Below, in pieces: positions 13,282-24,100 of a DNA stretch of 64,000 nucleotides (position 1 is its first letter; every line of letters begins with the position of its first letter). This stretch comes from Lingula anatina (taxonomy: Eukaryota > Animalia > Brachiopoda). Both the position numbers and the translations under genes were made by a program. The notes beneath the pieces were generated by a model, which saw only the letters and a program-made list of their open reading frames with translations, was not told where the DNA came from and did no database searches. Location of the stretch: NCBI GenBank assembly GCA_051362555.1, contig CM120643.1, positions 16,620,848 through 16,684,847 on the forward strand, written 5' to 3'.

Positions 13282-16200
13282 TAGTCGAGTCGCCACTCCC
13301 ATAGGCCCAATAGTCGAACCCTGCAATGTTCTTTCCTGTAAACTTTTTTTGCTGAAATGCATTCTTCAGGCCGAGAGAAGCAAAATTAGCTTGGTTGCTA
13401 TTTCCGAGACCTTGAGCATTTTTCAATATGGCCGTCAATTTATGAGGCAAAATAGAAAAACGACCAGAAGTCGCCGGGTAAACTTTATTGACAGTTTTTT
13501 TGAACGTGTATCCTATCAGGAGAGCACAACAGTACTAGTGAATACGCTTAAGCGCGTACCACTTAGCAAAAAACCAAAATGGCCGTCAAAACATAAGGCA
13601 GAAAATGATAAAAGCTGCAGAATCAGTTTGTTTTTTGCATATTTATTTTTATTAAAATCATATCCCCTTTTTATATTTATGTTAATTATAATATTTTGTT
13701 AGACATGACCCGAAACTCTTGGAATAAGCTTATCTGACAGTTCAATAACCCCCCAAGAGTCTGTTTGCTACTTCTCCGGGTCCCATAGTCAAATACTTAA
13801 AATGTTATTCCCTGAATTTTTTAAAATAACTTAACACTTTGGGAGTATAAAAGCCAATTTAATTTGGGCTTTCTTGGCAGTGGCTAGATATGGAACATTG
13901 ATCACTTTTCAAAATTCAAGATGGCCGTCAATAATATAAAAATATATTATAATATCATTATATTATAAATAAATAATTATGTAACATAGCAAAGAGTCGG
14001 GTTTAAAGTGCATGGTATTCCGCATTTCAAATGACCTCTAAAACATGCCCAAAAAAGGTAAAAAAGCAGTTAAATTACGTTTTAAACTGATAATTCGGCG
14101 TGTAATAAAATATATCCAACCCTGTTATTTATTGACAAAGTGTACTTGTAAGGTGCAGTTATACTAAGACTCTATAAAAGAGGATCATTGATAGGACTGA
14201 CCACTTCGTAAGTTCTCTTTTTAATACAGAAAGTTTATCAAGGGCCAACAGGGGGTTCTGCAGGAATTTGGGCACAGGGAGTCCAAAATGTTAATCTGCA
14301 ATCGGGACTCTTATATTTACATGGAGTCCCACCAAGTCCGTTGGTGGGGACGAGGGTGGGAGGGGGGCGAGTGTAATTTAATTTAACTTTTGCTAAAATA
14401 TTAACCTTATTATTTTTTTTCGTTTTTGTTTTTATATTGATCATACCTTAATATTTTAATTTTATATCTTTATCATAACTTTTTTCAGTATGTACATAAA
14501 ATTTAGCTTTAAAACTTCCCATTCTTTTTATTGAGATGGCTCGTGTAAGAATATTTCATCAGTATATAACAGCATTTCTAGTTTTTCTTATTACTGCACT
14601 TTTTCACTTTACATTTTAAAGAGTCAATAAGCAAAACATCTTACAAATCATTTGGTTATACATGTATACTGACAGCCATTAACATCTTTGAGGCCATATT
14701 TTTCAAAATAATTGTTATTTTGAAGCTCTAAACTGGATTATTTTCATACGAATCATTTGTTTAGGACATTGGTATACAGAACCAAAAATCTTAAGTTTCA
14801 TGAATAGTTTCAAAACAAAAATGGCACCAGCCCAACACAAAGTCACAACGGTCAATAGCCGGTACGATCTCCGCTTGCTTCGATGCAGGCGGCGATCTGT
14901 TGGCGCATGCTCGGGCAATAAATGTGGATGGGATGGTGTCGTGTGGAATCCTATTCCAGCCTTGTCGTAGTGCCAAGATATATGTAGTACCAGATGTGTT
15001 CAATCGGATTCATATCCGGAAAATAGACAGGCCGGGGTAGGACATCCACCTTTGGATACACTTGGATCATTTGTGCCGAATGTGAATGGGTCATGTCCTG
15101 TTGGGAAAAGGTGATATCAGTTTTCTGCTGCATGAACGAGGTTATGTGAGGTTGCAGGATCTGATCTATGTAGTGACGAGCAGTTACTGGTATGTTGCCA
15201 TCAGCGACCACCATCGGCTGACCGCCAGCAAGTGTCGACGCACAGTGGGGCTGCCGGGTGCCTCTTGTGCTGTAAGACTGGCATGGCGAAACTGGTCCCG
15301 TAGCTGATGCAACCTGGTGTAGCGATCCTGGTCTGGAGTTGACACTCTCTCGCCTTGGCTGCGGTATATAGCCAACAGAGCCAGGCACGTTGTGGCATTT
15401 AACCAGGTTCCTGATTGTGGGTTGGGAACAGCCCATACATTAAAGCTCAAATCAGACTCCCCTCACACCCAGTGGCCAGAGATGTACGTTGTTCACATGA
15501 TAGACATGGCATGATTTCGTTCACTGAACTAACAACATGGGTGGCCGGGTGGCCTTTTTGGGGCCTTTATAGGCCTCCAAAACCAATCCTCAAAATGTGC
15601 AGATGCCCACTGAGTATTTTTCAGTGTGTATTTGGTCCATTTTTGCAAAAAAAAAAAGCTTACCCATGTGCAATGAACTATGGCAACATGACAACTCATC
15701 ATTATCTTAACTACCCGAGCACTTAGTCATCAATAAATGCACAATGAATAATTACATCTACCCTACAAGTAGAAAAATGCATACATTACTATCTCAAAGC
15801 TTCCATTATCTGTAAGTGTATATTGGCAAAAACAACATTTCGAATACATGATGTCGATGGATAGCCCTCGCATATCCCCGTACTATGTCACGTTGTCCAG
15901 AATAGCATATCGTTATAGGTATATCGTTTTTCACTTTATATATGTATTTATATTTGTTCCAGTTAAAGTCTATTTCAGTTAAAAGCTTTGTAGTTTTACA
16001 GTTGTTTCTTTGCCCTTCTATTATGTTTTGGATGCCATTTTTATTAAAATAACTTGCAAAATGAAATAAATGATCGCGCTTTGCATGGATATAAATATAA
16101 ATATGCAATGATGAACAATGGAGTGAAGCATCGATTTTTTATTTGAATGTATGGCTCTCGCTTTTCACATAACAAATTGACGGCCATCTTGAATTTTGAA

Positions 16201-16813
16201 AAATTGTAAATATCTCGTTATATAAGCTTCTCTAAGTTTTGTAACCCAGATGAAACAATTTCTTTTAAAAAAGCTTGCAAGATATAACATAGCAAGCTTT
16301 GACTATGGGGCTCGTCGGAGTGGCAAATGGACTCTCAGGAGATGGCACCGTCTGCCACCATCTGATTAATGTCAAATAAGCAGTTTCTGAGAGTTTAGGA
16401 TCATGACTAACAAATTATCATAATGGACATAAATAGAAAAAGCGGAAATGTTTAAATAAGACTTAATTTGCAAAAAACGAACTTATTTTGCAGCTGTTTT
16501 TACTTTCTGCCATATGTTTTGACGGCCATTTTGGCTTTTTTGCCATATGTAACGGGCTTAAGTGTATTCACTAGTACTGTTGTGCTCTCCTGATAGGATA
16601 CACGTTCAAAAAAGCTGTCAATAAAGTTTACCCGGCGACTTCTGCTCGTTTTTCTATTTTTTCTCATAAATTGACGGCCATATTGAAAAATGCTCAAGGT
16701 CTCGGAAATAGCAACCAAGCTAATTTTGCTTCTTTCGACCTAAAGAATGCATTTCAGCGAAAAAAGTTTACAGGAAAAAACATTGCAGGGTTAGCGTTCT
16801 GGCTACTCGACTA
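13282..16813. mobile_element. DNA transposon relic with ~650-bp terminal inverted repeats (13282-13932 and 16176-16813)
   Basis: The two arms are reverse complements of each other, which is why ORFs 13349 and 16500 mirror each other. Termini are TAGTCGAGT(C/A)GCCA. TAA flanks both sides (13279-81, 16814-16); alternatively the duplication is TA if the terminus is GTCGAG. Confidence 0.85.
14791..15450 (-). pseudogene. Frameshifted, internally deleted Tc1/mariner (Tc1-type) transposase
   Basis: Fragments in several frames: HTH-like GCSQPTIRNLV..., STPDQDRY.RL, GN..TARHYIDQILQPH, FSQQD (FQQDNA-like), FPDMNPIEHIW (SPDLNPIEHxW) and ALRQGWNRIPHDTI. Confidence 0.88.
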
Positions 16814-18450
16814 TAAAGCATCACGCAGCAAGCGTGGAAAAAAGCACAGATTAATTACCCCTGGTTATTTGACTCCATCTCTTAATTTCTCACCATTTGT
16901 CAAATGAATAAAAAAATAAAAGGTTAAAAACTGTTTATTATGATCCTTTTAATATCTGTACATCTACCATGGAAAATTATTTTTTAATATTATTGAATGT
17001 GTGTGCGAGAGATTATCAAAGAGAGAGAGAGAGAGAGAACTTAGCCTTAATCATTAAAAAAGCGTTGTCCATCCATCGACCACTGCAATAACTTTTACCA
17101 AAATGTCAACCGAACTGGGTTTTTTTTTCGTCAGACACATTACACCAGTGTACATGCACACAGATTCGAGTAGCGGGCCAATGGTCCAAGTATAGCACAG
17201 GCCTTGAGTAACATTATCAGTTGTGCGTAAAAGAAACGTCTCTGTGTCCACTCGTCAATAAACCTGCATTTGACCGGTCTTTGAACCGAGTATTTAAAAG
17301 GACACATTGTAGTGCTACACGTCGGAAGTTCAGATTCCATTTATCTCCCTCTCTCGCACTCTGATCTCCACAAATTGAAATGAAACAATAAATGGGTTTT
17401 TAAAAAATCAGACAAAAATATTGCTATATTTCTGAGTAGACGAAAAAGAAAACTGTAAATTTCTTTCGAGAAAAATAAACACCGTAATATACACAAGCAA
17501 GCTGATCATTAACAAAGGTTTTTCATACATGGTAGAGGGAACAAATTATAGGCACAAAATAGGCTATGAAACGAATTGCATTTTCTGCTTTTCTTTTTAA
17601 AATTGACGAAGCTTTATTTTTTTCTAATATCAAATTACTAAGCAATTGCGAATATCGCGTTCTTGCGATGCAAATTTTTAATTCCAGGCCATATATGACT
17701 TAATAAAGAGTATCGTTATTGTCGGATATACAAGTAGAAGACGACGACATATGATATGAAGTACATCTTTTATTTTAACTTTTTCTACGCGGTGCATCTT
17801 GACCTGACCCAATTCTAATTACATAAAGAAATATCTTATGTGGGTTTGGGGTTTCTTTTTTACATAAAATAAAACATGCTATATTCTATAGGAAAACTGC
17901 ACATGTTATAATCTTGATCAGAGCACTGTTTATCAAGTTTCCTTATCATAAGAGACGCAATTTTTTAATTCTAGGTGAATGTTGAAATTCGAATATGTGG
18001 TTCGGCATAATATAATAAATAGAGCCACGGTTCCATTATTAATACAGTTTTACATTGTCGATAAAAAATTATAAGATGAGTAGATTTCAGACCAAGTTTG
18101 TTTTTTTTTTTTTGGGGGGGGGGGGGTGAATGAACAAAATGTTTAACCACTGATTTAACTGGGTATTGCTCCCATCCAAAGAATGATCATATACATTTAT
18201 ATTTTTTTATGTACATATTATAGTAGTCAATTAGCCAAGAATAATCAAATAATTATTTCCAATAATGTGTTTGCATATACAGTATTTGTCGTATAAAATG
18301 GCGGATGTACATGAATATATACATGTATCCAGACAAGGGGATATATCTTTTTTTCTTACTGTTTTATCCCATTCTTTTTCTTTCTATCTTTCTTTCTATC
18401 CTCCTTTTTTCTTTCTTTCTTTCTTTCCCGTAAACCAATCGTTCTCCAAT

Positions 18451-20022
18451 TTATAATGCACGTGGTTTAACATACACCTCGAAATCTTTAGGCTTTAGAG
18501 TCAGGCCGTATTTGCTCTCCGTGCTCATGTTTAGCACCACCGGCTCAAAGCGGCATTTCTGCAGAAGCGTAACGAAGAAGATGAACATTTCTATTTTGGC
18601 CAACGGTTCGCCCGGGCACCTTCTTCGCCCGGCTCCGTAAGGGAGGAATAGCTCTGCCTTTGCCTTGTCTAATGCCAGGCCGTCATCGGTCAAAAATCGT
18701 CGCGGGTCGAACACCTCCGGATCAGGGAATTTGCTTTCGTCGCGCGTAATACTCCATTGGTTCACGAAAACCAGGGTGTTGGCCGGAATGAAGAAGCCAT
18801 TCAAAACGGTGTCACGTGTGGTAGAATGAGGGAGCGCAAAGGGAAAGATGCACGAAAAACGCATCGTTTCCAAGATGCAAGCCTCGGTGAAGGGAAGGGT
18901 GCCGATGTCACTACGCTCCGGTGCGCGCTCTTGGCCGATAATGGCGTCGATCTCTTTATGGACCTTAGCTTGGTGTTCCGGGTAGCGTGTCATAAGCAAT
19001 ACACCCCACTGGAGAGTGGTAGCGATGGTGTCAAAGCCGGCGCCGATGATTTCCTGCACTGTCGTCATTATATGCTCGTCGGTAATTTCGGCGGCGGCCT
19101 TCTCTTCCTGTGGTGTGTCACGAACGGTCTTGATAAGAAAATCGGTAATGTCCCGGGTCAGAGAATCATCGTACGTATCTAAATGTTCTTTGGTCTTACG
19201 CAAGCAAAAATTGTCCATGGTTTTCAAAATGGCAATGAATTTGTCGAAGGACCGTTTCGTGAGCCATCGCGTCCAGGGCATTATGTCCACTGGATTTCCC
19301 GCCCCAGCAAAAGCCATGAATTCTTCGTTCATTTTAACAAGCTGCTGGAAGTCTGGCTCGTCGCGTCTGTATCTTTTACCGAAGCACAGTGCGCAAATTA
19401 TGTTGCCGACGGAATAGTAGATTTCATTATGCGGGTTAAATTTCTCTCCGTTGGATTCATTGAGTTTCTGTACCAGAAAAGCTGCCTCTGCTTTGATAAA
19501 CTCTTCTATCGGATTATGCCGGTCATTGACGAACATTGCTACGCCATTCTGTGCTATGCGACGATGGTACTTCCAGCGGGTGCCAAAATCGCAGAACCCC
19601 ATGCTTTTCCCGTTGCCAATGAAGTTAAAGGAATAAAAGGCAGGCCTACCAGCAAAATCTTCAGCTTGTTTTACCAGTGCTTGTCGGCAGGTCTCCAGGC
19701 CATTCAGGACAACAGTGGGGCGACTGCCCATCTGCATCTGGTAGACGTCTCCATACATGGACCTCCAGTTGGTAAGCGTCACGTGCGGCTTGGTGCCCAG
19801 CTGAAGCAAGTTCCCCAGGACCGGCCAAGCTATAGGCCCGGGCGGAGTGGGACAGGCACGACCAGCGGTTTTCGGATCGACAGTCTCCTTCACGTGCTTA
19901 TCATTGAGAATTTTGCTCACCAATCCAATCAATAATACCAGGAACATTAAAAGCAAAGTGCTCAGATGGTCTTTCGTCGCCTCAGAAAGGGTCGAGGAAG
20001 CAGCCGCAAAAATTGCAAACAT
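18451..20022 (-). CDS. Cytochrome P450, CYP1-like (clan 2), 523 aa, single uninterrupted ORF
   Basis: N-terminal TM anchor, PPGP hinge, WKYHRR C-helix, I-helix AGFDT (CYP1 signature), ETMR (ExxR), FDPRRF (PERF) and heme motif PYGAGRRRCPG. Confidence 0.95.
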   Translation of the reverse strand: MFAIFAAASSTLSEATKDHLSTLLLMFLVLLIGLVSKILNDKHVKETVDPKTAGRACPTPPGPIAWPVLGNLLQLGTKPHVTLTNWRSMYGDVYQMQMGSRPTVVLNGLETCRQALVKQAEDFAGRPAFYSFNFIGNGKSMGFCDFGTRWKYHRRIAQNGVAMFVNDRHNPIEEFIKAEAAFLVQKLNESNGEKFNPHNEIYYSVGNIICALCFGKRYRRDEPDFQQLVKMNEEFMAFAGAGNPVDIMPWTRWLTKRSFDKFIAILKTMDNFCLRKTKEHLDTYDDSLTRDITDFLIKTVRDTPQEEKAAAEITDEHIMTTVQEIIGAGFDTIATTLQWGVLLMTRYPEHQAKVHKEIDAIIGQERAPERSDIGTLPFTEACILETMRFSCIFPFALPHSTTRDTVLNGFFIPANTLVFVNQWSITRDESKFPDPEVFDPRRFLTDDGLALDKAKAELFLPYGAGRRRCPGEPLAKIEMFIFFVTLLQKCRFEPVVLNMSTESKYGLTLKPKDFEVYVKPRAL

Positions 20023-20361
20023 CTTCTTGTCTCTCTCTCTTTCTAACTTTTCTCACGACGCAAAAAGACTGCTATGTTGGTTGCACTTTGCAACAAGTAA
20101 TGTCCCACGATGTCTTACGCATGCAACTACTTAACACGTTAATTGCACGGGTGTCGTGCACAAGATGATATCACGGACCCCTGTCATCTTTTAAATAGTG
20201 GACATCAGTCAAGCAGGTATGTAACATGATTCATGACCTGTGTCATGGGAAATTTCATACCTGAATTAATCTAAACGTCAATTGGAATAGCAAAGGCCCT
20301 TCATCCGCTTTGAAGGATGCATTTTGTGAAAGATGTAATAAAAAACCGAGGCGGTGTATGA

Positions 20362-20804
20362 GGGCTTGAACAGAAACGTAAAAAACGGGCAGTTATGTAA
20401 CTTTTTGTGAATTTCATCTTTTGTTAACATTTAACAACACAGCCCACATAAAGGATCTAAAGTTACATGTAACATTTTACCACACAGCATGAAGACAAAA
20501 ACCCTAGGATGAGGCTGCTTTAATTTCTTTTGTACCTTTTCTTATTAAAACATTTGAAATGCTGAAAGATCAAGACAATCTTTCGACAAATACGTCAAAG
20601 TTTGTAAAATTAAAGCACCAAACAATCTGATCATGAATAATAAGGGATAATCATAACCACTAGACCCGCCATGCGGGCTTGAACAGACACGTAAAATGCG
20701 CGGTTATGTAATTTTCGTCAATTTCATCTTTTGTTATCATTTAACAACGCAGCCCACTTAAAGGATCTTAAGTTACATGTAACATTTTTACCGCACAGCA
20801 TGAA
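20362..20804. promoter_or_regulatory. Duplicated ~130-bp block upstream of the CYP (20362-20493 and 20675-20804); each copy has a D-box-like GTTATGTAAY and the palindrome GTTACATGTAAC
   Basis: The direct repeat is visible. GTTATGTAAC at 20392-20401, GTTATGTAAT at 20703-20712, palindromes at 20462-20473 and 20772-20783. A TATA-like TATTTAAA lies on the - strand near 20190. A regulatory role is inferred. Confidence 0.55.
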
Positions 20805-21562
20805 AAAAAATGCGACAAGGGGAAAAATATCAAAAAAATTAACGGGATTTATTAATTTAACGGAACAGATTCACACAAAATAATAATGATAATAATAAAA
20901 ATAATAATCAAAATCACAACTATATTATAATCATATAACAATAAAATAATTGAATAGTAATGATAAAATTAAAAGAATATGAAATAGATAAATGAGATAA
21001 AATGAAGCAAATGATTATGAACGGATTATAATATAAAACCAACCAAGTATATTTCGAGTGAAAAATAGATGAACAGAAAACAATTGATAATTCGGTTTAA
21101 AAAGTGACTAAAACGACCCTCGTCTTATTTTGTAACAGTCTGACGGCTATGGGGAATTTAGTAACAGTACTTACACAATCCGTCCAGGGGTCCCATGTCG
21201 TCTGGGACCTTACAGGACGATTGCACTTTTGACCTTGGTTACAGAGGAGAAGTAGGATAAAAACTGTGACACGTATAGAAGTAGCCGAGGGCATCAAGGC
21301 ACTGGACATCCCTTTTATTACAATATCAGGATTCACAAAGGTAACTTTCCAAAAAAAAACCCATCTCCCGAATAATAAATAAATAAATAATACCCGTTTT
21401 TCTTTCGGCCCCGAAGATGTCTCATTGAAACTGAGACTCAGTCTGTCGTTCCCTGATATGGTTTCTTCTCTACATGACGAGGCCCGTTTAATAAGGCTTA
21501 CAAAAATTATCCATGTTACGTACATGTGAATACGAAAGCTGCGTTTACGGGTGCATTAAAAT

Positions 21563-21621
21563 AAGTTGATTTGTGGACTAACAGATCCGCATATTAAATA
21601 GGGCGCCACCCACTTGAAAGC
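21563..21621. mobile_element. Solo arm of the palindromic MITE at 27733-27905
   Basis: AAGTTGAT...GGACTAACAGATCCGC...CCACTTGAAAG is shared with the 27.7-kb element. Confidence 0.7.
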
Positions 21622-22437
21622 GTGCTGAGATTTAATAAGTTGCTCTTCCCCCGCTGGGGGGGGGGGGGGGGGGGGGGCATGGGAGGCGAGAATTAGCTTC
21701 TGTTTCGTCATTGCTGTTATTGTGGATTTTATCCGTCGACGTTTTTTAAATTTGCCAGCCATTATAAACTTGCTAATATCATTTGCATTGTAACGTGAAA
21801 AGCCTTAATCAATGTTTGGAAAGATAAGCAGGACGTGCATAACTGTTTATTGTGCGGTGCTTTCAGCGATCTTTCTGTTCAGGTAATTGAACGTAAGTTG
21901 CTTGTTATCAATACATAGGACGCATTTTCAGCCAAACTATAGCGACATACATGGAACTAAGCGGGTCGGCGTAACTAAACTTAACGTAGGGTTTCTGATC
22001 ACGGGGTCTTCACTCTAATCCCTCTGTCCTCCCTCCCATCACTACCGTAACTGTCATCAGATGCGTCTTCTAATATTGGCTTTCTATGGTTTTAACTATT
22101 TAAAAATATCATTAGTTATAACACAGATCCTACCCAGTTAAACTGTCGTACATTGTAACTTGACTGGAAATACATTCATAGATTACTGACTTAGTAACAT
22201 CGAATTAAGTAGTATTTTCCCAAACACCTGATAAGGGTTCAGCCAATTAGCTCCATGTCACTAGTATACTACTACTATATAAAGTATATTTTAGCATACT
22301 GAAACACATAAACTGGCTGTTGGCTTGCTTTTTTGAGACTGCATAGGGTTTGCACAGTTCACGTTTCAGCATTTTTTCTGTAATATTTTATTTAATTACG
22401 ATTCTGAAACTGGTGGTAAGTCTGTTCACTGATCGAA

Positions 22438-23920
22438 ATGCCAACCGAATTTTACAAGTCTGAGATAAATGGTGAGCTGGCTTCAATAGAACAACCAGGA
22501 ACTTTCGATTCTTTCAATGAACAGAGGTCATTTTTACAATCGCAACAGGCGACATCTCAGTTATGTTCAAAATTGATCAAAGCAGTCGAAGGAGATGATT
22601 TGGACGAGGCAAAAAGGTTGTTGGAAGAAGCACGCGACACTACCGGTAGCATGTGCACAGAGAAAGGGAAACATTGGTACAGCGCTCTGCACACCGCAGC
22701 TATTATAGGTAATGCATAATAGATGAAAAAGTTAGAGTAAAGGTATAGTAAGAAAAAGCATAACTTAAGAATTAAACGCCCACTTTTACCTATTTTTCAT
22801 ACTCATTCAAATTTGATTAAAATTGGGAATTATGATAGGCTGGTATTCTTAATGCACCTCCGCCAAGAAGGGTATGTTTTTACTTCTGGTTGTGTGCTTG
22901 TTTGTTTGTTTGTCTGTTCGTCACCGGCCGAGCTCAGAAATAGGCTAACTGATTGGATTTTCATGAGCACCATTATCAATGGATGTGTTCTCAACTAACA
23001 CAATTTATCAGTGTTTGGTCGGTATATCATGCATAGCTACAAAGTTTTGTAGACTATGAGGTCACTCTGAGTGCTCTTCTAGTTTAAAATGAAAAGAAGT
23101 TCCAACGTTTCGCATTTTCTTTTCTAAGGTAAGGTTGCACTTTCTTTTTAAGGTAATGTTGAGGCAGTCAATCTTCTTCTAAAATACAATGCAGACGTAA
23201 ATTCCCAGAATTCGTGGAGAAAGGAATCCCCGCTACACTTTGCTGCAATAAAAGGTACGTATATTGTCAGGGTTCAATATTAAGTATGAACGAAAATACA
23301 CTCGTGGGGAAAATTTCAGTATTTACTGATTGGTTTCAACGTCAACCCTCTTTCATTTTTTTCCTTTAGGGCAAACGAAAGTTTTGGAAACCCTGCTATC
23401 ACGAGGCGCTTCGGTTAACTCCGTCAATGCTTCGGGTTCCACACCTCTACATCACGCAGCCAGAGAGGGACACGTGACTGCCACTTGCTCGCTGATCGTT
23501 TCCGGGGCAAAGGTCAATGCAAAAAACGCAGTACAAGACACACCGCTGCACGAAGCCGTGATGAACTGCAAGCTGGACACGACTAACATCCTTATCAAAC
23601 ATGGTTGTCGTGTAAACTCTCAAAACTCCTACGGAGAAACCAGTCTCCATCTTGCATTGCAAAATAAACACCTTGCCTTGGTGAAATTGTTATTACTAAG
23701 CAGCGCCGACCCGTCCATTCGAAATAAAGAGATGAAATCAGCCTTTGAGCTTGCAGATGATTATGAATTTTTTAAAGAATTAAAGGCCTCGAATGCTACT
23801 GTTGTGACGAAGTTGCCGCCCCCGTCACCCACCCCAACACTGCAGCTTCGGCCTAAAACATCAAAGACGTCGTTATCATCAACCCCAAGACCAACTGTGC
23901 CCAAGGAAACAACCGTATGA
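22438..23920 (+). CDS. Ankyrin-repeat protein, 307 aa, 3 exons (22438-22708, 23153-23254, 23370-23920), with a Pro/Ser/Thr-rich tail
   Basis: In-phase GT-AG exons. Ankyrin motifs SALHTAAIIG, SPLHFAAIKG, TPLHHAAREG, TPLHEAVMN and TSLHLALQN. Confidence 0.9.
22853..23085 (+). mobile_element. Short non-autonomous Helentron/HINE-like element in ankyrin intron 1
   Basis: ACCTCCGCCAAG...TATGTTTT head, (GTTT/GTCT)n tract and ...CACTCTGAGTGCTCTTCTAGTT tail; related to 34296-34578 and 49678-50250. Confidence 0.6.
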
Positions 23921-24025
23921 TCTGCAACGGTACATGCGACGTAAAAATTTTACTACTGGGCGAGTGCTGAAGGACAGCAATTGGAAAAGATCATATTTGC
24001 CCTACTTCACCAAGTATCTTTGGGT

Positions 24026-24029
<4 letters not shown>

Positions 24030-24097
<68 letters not shown>
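24030..24097. repeat. (TA)n microsatellite
   Basis: Direct reading. Confidence 0.97.

Positions 24098-24100
<3 letters not shown>

Noticed and set aside
13349-16907. Pairs of near-identical ORFs on opposite strands
   Set aside because: Products of the long terminal inverted repeats, not genes.
18757-19935. Long plus-strand ORFs (141, 133 and 250 aa)
   Set aside because: Antisense shadows of the CYP coding sequence, with no motifs of their own.
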